The notes under the pieces were generated by a model, which made no database searches, was not told the origin of the DNA, and saw nothing but the letters and a program-made list of their open reading frames with translations. From contig CAZFQL010000002.1 of the NCBI GenBank assembly GCA_964520905.1, forward strand, positions 134,450 through 198,449: a DNA stretch of 64,000 bases, written 5' to 3'. Made by a program: the position numbers and the translations under genes. Of the stretch, positions 60,578-64,000 are shown in pieces (position 1 is the first letter of the stretch; the number at the start of each line of letters is the position of its first letter). This stretch comes from an uncultured Chlorobiaceae bacterium. GTDB lineage: Bacteria > Bacteroidota > Ignavibacteria > UBA10030 > SZUA-254.

Positions 60578-61867
60578 TTATTTAAATCCTCTCGGATCGG
60601 TTATAACACCTGTGATTGCGCTTGCGGCGGCTACAGCGGCAGAGCAGAGATATACTTCTGAATTTGGATTTCCCTGTCTGCCTTTGAAGTTTCGATTTGT
60701 TGTTGAAAGCGATACGTCGCCGTCTGCCAGCGCGCCCTGATGAACACCAAGACAACAGCCGCAATTTGAATTCATGATAACAGCGCCGGCATCCATTAGA
60801 TCGGCGATGTAACCGCGCTTGAGCGCTTCTTTGTAAATCCTCCACGATGCCGGGAATACTAACATTCGAACATCCTTGGCAACTTTCTTTCCTTTTAGAA
60901 TTTTTGCCGCCACTTCTAAATCATCTAACCGACCGTTTGTGCATGATCCGATGACGATCTGATTTAATTTCACGTTCTTTACTTCTGAAATCGGTTTTAC
61001 ATTATCAACGGTGTGTGGCTTTGCAATTTGTGGTTCGAGCGTTGCAACATCGACCTCTATTACCTGATCGTATTTTGCATCAGGATCTGGTTTCAATAGT
61101 TCACCCTTATATCCAACGAACGCATCCTCACGCAAGTATCGCAATGTTTCTTCGTCAGGAGGAACAATTCCCGATGTTGCACCCGCTTCCACCGACATAT
61201 TGGAAAGTGTTAAACGACCGGATGTGCTCATGTTTTTGATTGTCTCGCCATGAAATTCGAGAACTTTAAAGTTCGCACCCTCGGCAGTTAATTTTCCGAT
61301 AAGATATAGAATTAAATCTTTAGGATAGACACTTGCAGGAAATTTTCCGTTCACATTTACTTTAATTGTACCGGGCACTTCGACATTAAGAACTGTTCCA
61401 AGCGTCCACACACTCGCCATCTCAGTCGCACCTATTCCAAATGCGAACGTGCCGAGTGCCCCGTGACTCGTCGTATGACTATCGGTACCAACGATAACTG
61501 ATCCCGGTATCACATAACCGTATTCGGGTAATATTTGATGACAGATACCGCCTTCATCGCCGCGGATGTCGTGAAATTTTGTGATCCCTTGTTTGCCCAC
61601 GAAGTCACGAATCTTTTTCTGGTTTGTTGCTGTCTTCGAGCTTTCAGCAGGTACGCGATGATCGAAGATGATTGCAATCTTCGATGGATCCCAAACCTTG
61701 AGTGGAATGCCAGTATCTTTATATATTTCTGTGAATTGGTTAATAACCAGCGCCGCATTCTCATGCGACATAGCCAGATCAACCTTCGGCTCAAGAACAT
61801 CACCTGCTTTTACCATCGCTTGCCCTGTTGCCTTTGCCAAAATTTTTTCAACTAATGTCATTGACAT
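60578..61867 (-). CDS. leuC: 3-isopropylmalate/(methyl)malate dehydratase large subunit (aconitase family, type 2 LeuC/homoaconitase-like)
   Basis: 429 aa with GIxHQ, TDSHT and the C-terminal Cys ligands (NSNCGCCLG, CSAAV). The substrate cannot be assigned from sequence. Confidence 0.7.
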   Translation of the reverse strand: MSMTLVEKILAKATGQAMVKAGDVLEPKVDLAMSHENAALVINQFTEIYKDTGIPLKVWDPSKIAIIFDHRVPAESSKTATNQKKIRDFVGKQGITKFHDIRGDEGGICHQILPEYGYVIPGSVIVGTDSHTTSHGALGTFAFGIGATEMASVWTLGTVLNVEVPGTIKVNVNGKFPASVYPKDLILYLIGKLTAEGANFKVLEFHGETIKNMSTSGRLTLSNMSVEAGATSGIVPPDEETLRYLREDAFVGYKGELLKPDPDAKYDQVIEVDVATLEPQIAKPHTVDNVKPISEVKNVKLNQIVIGSCTNGRLDDLEVAAKILKGKKVAKDVRMLVFPASWRIYKEALKRGYIADLMDAGAVIMNSNCGCCLGVHQGALADGDVSLSTTNRNFKGRQGNPNSEVYLCSAAVAAASAITGVITDPRGFK

Positions 61868-61910
61868 AAATTACAGTATCTCCTTTATTTAATAATATTC
61901 TTCTTTCTGA

Positions 61911-61989
61911 CCCTCTCCCCGTTCCAATCCCGACAAGTCGGGACGGAACACCCCTCTCCCAATTTGGGAGAGGGGTTACGGGGTGAGGG
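61911..61989 (+). repeat. G/C-rich palindromic intergenic element A (CCCTCTCCCC / GGGAGAGGGG decamers, G-quadruplex motif)
   Basis: ccctctcccc-gttcc..ggaac-cccctctccc-aattt-gggagagggg-ttac-ggggtgaggg has a 10 bp perfect stem, and GGGAGAGGGGTTACGGGGTGAGGG gives four G-runs. It sits in an AT-rich spacer. Confidence 0.6.
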
Positions 61990-63183
61990 TTATATAATTT
62001 TCTTTTCTTTAAAACTTTTTATTTCTTCTTCAGTGTATCCAATACTCTTCAGCACCTCCGTTGTATGTTCAGATAATTTCGGAGGTGGTGCATCTATCGA
62101 ACCGGGAGTTTTACTGAACTTAGCTGTTAAATTGAAAAGTTTCAAGTCGCCGATACCTTCGCTGTGAATCGACTTTATCGTCTCACGATGTTTAATTTGG
62201 TGTTGATTCAATGCATCCTCCAGAGTTAGAATATCACCAGAAGGCACATCGTTTTCGTTTAGTTTATCAACCCAATATTTTGTTTCCTGTTCAGCGAGCT
62301 TTGCTTCTAACAGCGGAGTGAGAAGTTTCCGGTTTTTCTTCCGCGTATCCCGTTCCTGAAATCGCGAATCCGTTTTCAACTCAGGAACTCCAAGCACATC
62401 CGCAACCGATTCCCATTGCTCTTGTTTATTCGCCGCGATGTTGATATAGCCGTCCTTAGTTTTGAATACACCGGATGGAGCGGCAGTAAAATTATCGTTA
62501 CCCATAAGTACCGGTTGTTGTCCACCTATTAACAAATTGGCTGCGACCCAACCCATAAGCGGCATAATCGAATCGAGAAGCGCAATATCGATGAACTGTC
62601 CTTCACCTGTTTTCTCACGATAGTAAAGTGCAGCCATAATTGCAAACGCGGCATTCAATCCGCCAACAGTATCGCATACCGGAAAACCGGCACGAAGCGG
62701 ACTTAACCGCTCATCACCGTTGATTGCCATTTCACCGCTAAGTCCCTGGATGATTTGATCGTATGCGGGCTTCATTGCATCGGGTCCATCTACACCGAAG
62801 CCGGATATGGCACAGTAAATTAGCTTCGGATTGATTTCGCTTAGAACATTATATCCCAAACCAAGTCGACCCATTACATCCGGACGGAAATTTTCTACAA
62901 CAACATCGGCGGTCTTTACCAATTTTTTGAAGATTTCTTTTGCCTGCGGGTCTTTCAGGTTAAGCGTGACAGATTTCTTATTCGCATTCTGCGCGAGGAA
63001 GCTTGTTCCCATTTGTTTTTTGTTTAACTCAGGGAGACAGCCCAATGCGCGTGCAAGATCGCCGCCTGTTGGGTTTTCGATTTTAATAACCTCGGCGCCA
63101 AGAAGTGCAAGGTGGAGTGTTGCAAAAGGTCCTGATAAGACGTTTGTCAAATCGAGTATGCGGATATTGGCTAATAATTTCAT
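61990..63183 (-). CDS. Family III CoA-transferase (CaiB/BaiF/Frc family)
   Basis: MKLLANIRILDLTNVLSGPFATLHLALLGAEVIKIE N-terminus and overall length are typical. Confidence 0.8.
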   Translation of the reverse strand: MKLLANIRILDLTNVLSGPFATLHLALLGAEVIKIENPTGGDLARALGCLPELNKKQMGTSFLAQNANKKSVTLNLKDPQAKEIFKKLVKTADVVVENFRPDVMGRLGLGYNVLSEINPKLIYCAISGFGVDGPDAMKPAYDQIIQGLSGEMAINGDERLSPLRAGFPVCDTVGGLNAAFAIMAALYYREKTGEGQFIDIALLDSIMPLMGWVAANLLIGGQQPVLMGNDNFTAAPSGVFKTKDGYINIAANKQEQWESVADVLGVPELKTDSRFQERDTRKKNRKLLTPLLEAKLAEQETKYWVDKLNENDVPSGDILTLEDALNQHQIKHRETIKSIHSEGIGDLKLFNLTAKFSKTPGSIDAPPPKLSEHTTEVLKSIGYTEEEIKSFKEKKII

Positions 63184-63391
63184 TTAATATTGATTCCTTT
63201 TAACTTTGTAATACAGTTTTTGTTCTCTTACTTGAAAACCAATTTGCTGTTTTGGCTTTCTTCTTCTTAAGAATCATTTTATCATACAACTTTTTATTTT
63301 CGCACCATCATCAACACACCCCTTGCACCAGTGGCGCATCCGCCTCCGACGGAAAATCCCATCCTTCGACTCCGCTCAGGACAGGTCTCAA

Positions 63392-63436
63392 GAGGGGACT
63401 TCTAATTCCCCTCCATTGGAGGGGTTAGGGGTGGGT
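63392..63436 (+). repeat. G/C-rich palindromic intergenic element B (related to element A)
   Basis: gaggggacttctaattcccctcc-att-ggagggg-ttaggggtggg has alternative 6-7 bp stems around CCCCTC(C), and GGAGGGGTTAGGGGTGGG gives G-runs. Shares the ...GAGGGGTTA(C/G)GGGTG(A/G)GG core with element A. Confidence 0.55.
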
Positions 63437-63462
63437 ACATGAGCATTTCCTTTTTAAATTGT

Positions 63463-64000
63463 CTATTGCTTACCGATAATCGGTCCAGTTTTATAAACAA
63501 GTCCCAGCATCTCGCGGTTGAAAAACGCAGAGAAATCTTTTGCCAGTTCAATCAGTTTCATCAGATCAATCTCTTTTCTGAAACCCATCCTCTGAAGAGC
63601 ATGAACGAAATCTTCCGTACAAACATTACCAGCCGCAACTTTTGTGAAGGGACAACCACCGAGACCGGCAATTGAAGATTCGTAATTCTGCACACCAATC
63701 TTCATTGCCGCATAAACATTTGCAAGCCCCATTCCGTATGTGTTGTGGAAATGACAAGCAGCTTCAACAGAGCTATCGAGTTTGAAGATTGCTTCGTACA
63801 ACTTTTCAACTTGGTCGGGAATTGCATGACCGGCAGTATCGGCAAGCGAGATATTCTTCAGATCAGCTTCGAGATATTTTTGTACGATGCTTAGAACCTT
63901 CTCCTGCGGAACAATTCCTTCAAATCCGCAACCAAAAGCCGACTGCACTGAAACCTGAACTTTTTTTCCAGCGGATACAGCTTGTTTCGCCGTTGCAATA
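63463..64000 (-). CDS. HMG-CoA lyase-family (DRE-TIM) protein, C-terminal part; start lies beyond the window
   Basis: CHFHNTYGMGLANVYAAMKIGV...AGLGGCPF (HMGL-like signature). Confidence 0.6.
   Translation of the reverse strand, partial: IATAKQAVSAGKKVQVSVQSAFGCGFEGIVPQEKVLSIVQKYLEADLKNISLADTAGHAIPDQVEKLYEAIFKLDSSVEAACHFHNTYGMGLANVYAAMKIGVQNYESSIAGLGGCPFTKVAAGNVCTEDFVHALQRMGFRKEIDLMKLIELAKDFSAFFNREMLGLVYKTGPIIGKQ

Noticed and set aside
1-64000. CRISPR arrays, prophage, toxin-antitoxin or other defence systems
   Set aside because: No regularly spaced short repeats, no cas/phage structural genes, no nucleases or ATPases. Nothing supports such a call in this window.

Overview
This 64 kb window comes from a low-GC anaerobe. 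Two secreted proteins carry T9SS/Por C-terminal sorting domains, and PFOR, NfnAB and butyrate kinase are present, so the source is probably an FCB-group (Ignavibacteria/Bacteroidetes-like) anaerobe. The window has four parts.

(1) 1-29.4 kb is a very large glycoconjugate biosynthesis locus. About 20 tightly packed, co-oriented minus-strand genes include five GT4, three GT2, a GT9, WecB, an SDR epimerase, a Wzx-type flippase and four SAM methyltransferases. There are two polyprenyl-phosphate sugar synthase (GtrB/ArnC-like) plus GT-C membrane transferase pairs (ArnT/PMT-like and YfhO-like), a third YfhO paralog, a secreted GH43/130-like beta-propeller and two tandem multi-TM+TPR proteins. A tRNA-Met and rpsU sit inside the locus.

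(2) 30.4-39.3 kb is a plus-strand respiratory/signalling island. It holds a truncated NrfC-like remnant, a c3/c7-type pentaheme cytochrome, a Tat NrfC-like FeS subunit and an NrfD-like quinol-oxidising membrane subunit. Next comes a histidine kinase whose periplasmic domain carries c-type heme motifs and whose ATPase domain contains a Cys4 zinc-ribbon insertion. There are also three paralogous response regulators in which a receiver domain is fused to a glycine-cleavage H-protein (GcvH)-like domain; two are membrane anchored. I do not recognise this architecture as described.

(3) 39.9-54.4 kb is central anaerobic metabolism: PFOR, a Rrf2/NapH-like/ferredoxin/MTase cluster, a degenerate GGDEF protein and an nfnA-nfnB-buk-ptb operon.

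(4) 54.5-64 kb contains a hemerythrin-like protein, a 2.6 kb segment bounded by an exact 27 bp direct repeat (LamG lipoprotein plus a decayed flippase pseudogene), a T9SS M1 aminopeptidase, LeuCD, a family III CoA-transferase and an HMG-CoA-lyase-like gene. The intergenic spacers in this part hold G/C-rich palindromic elements with G-quadruplex potential.

No CRISPR array, transposase or integrase was seen.
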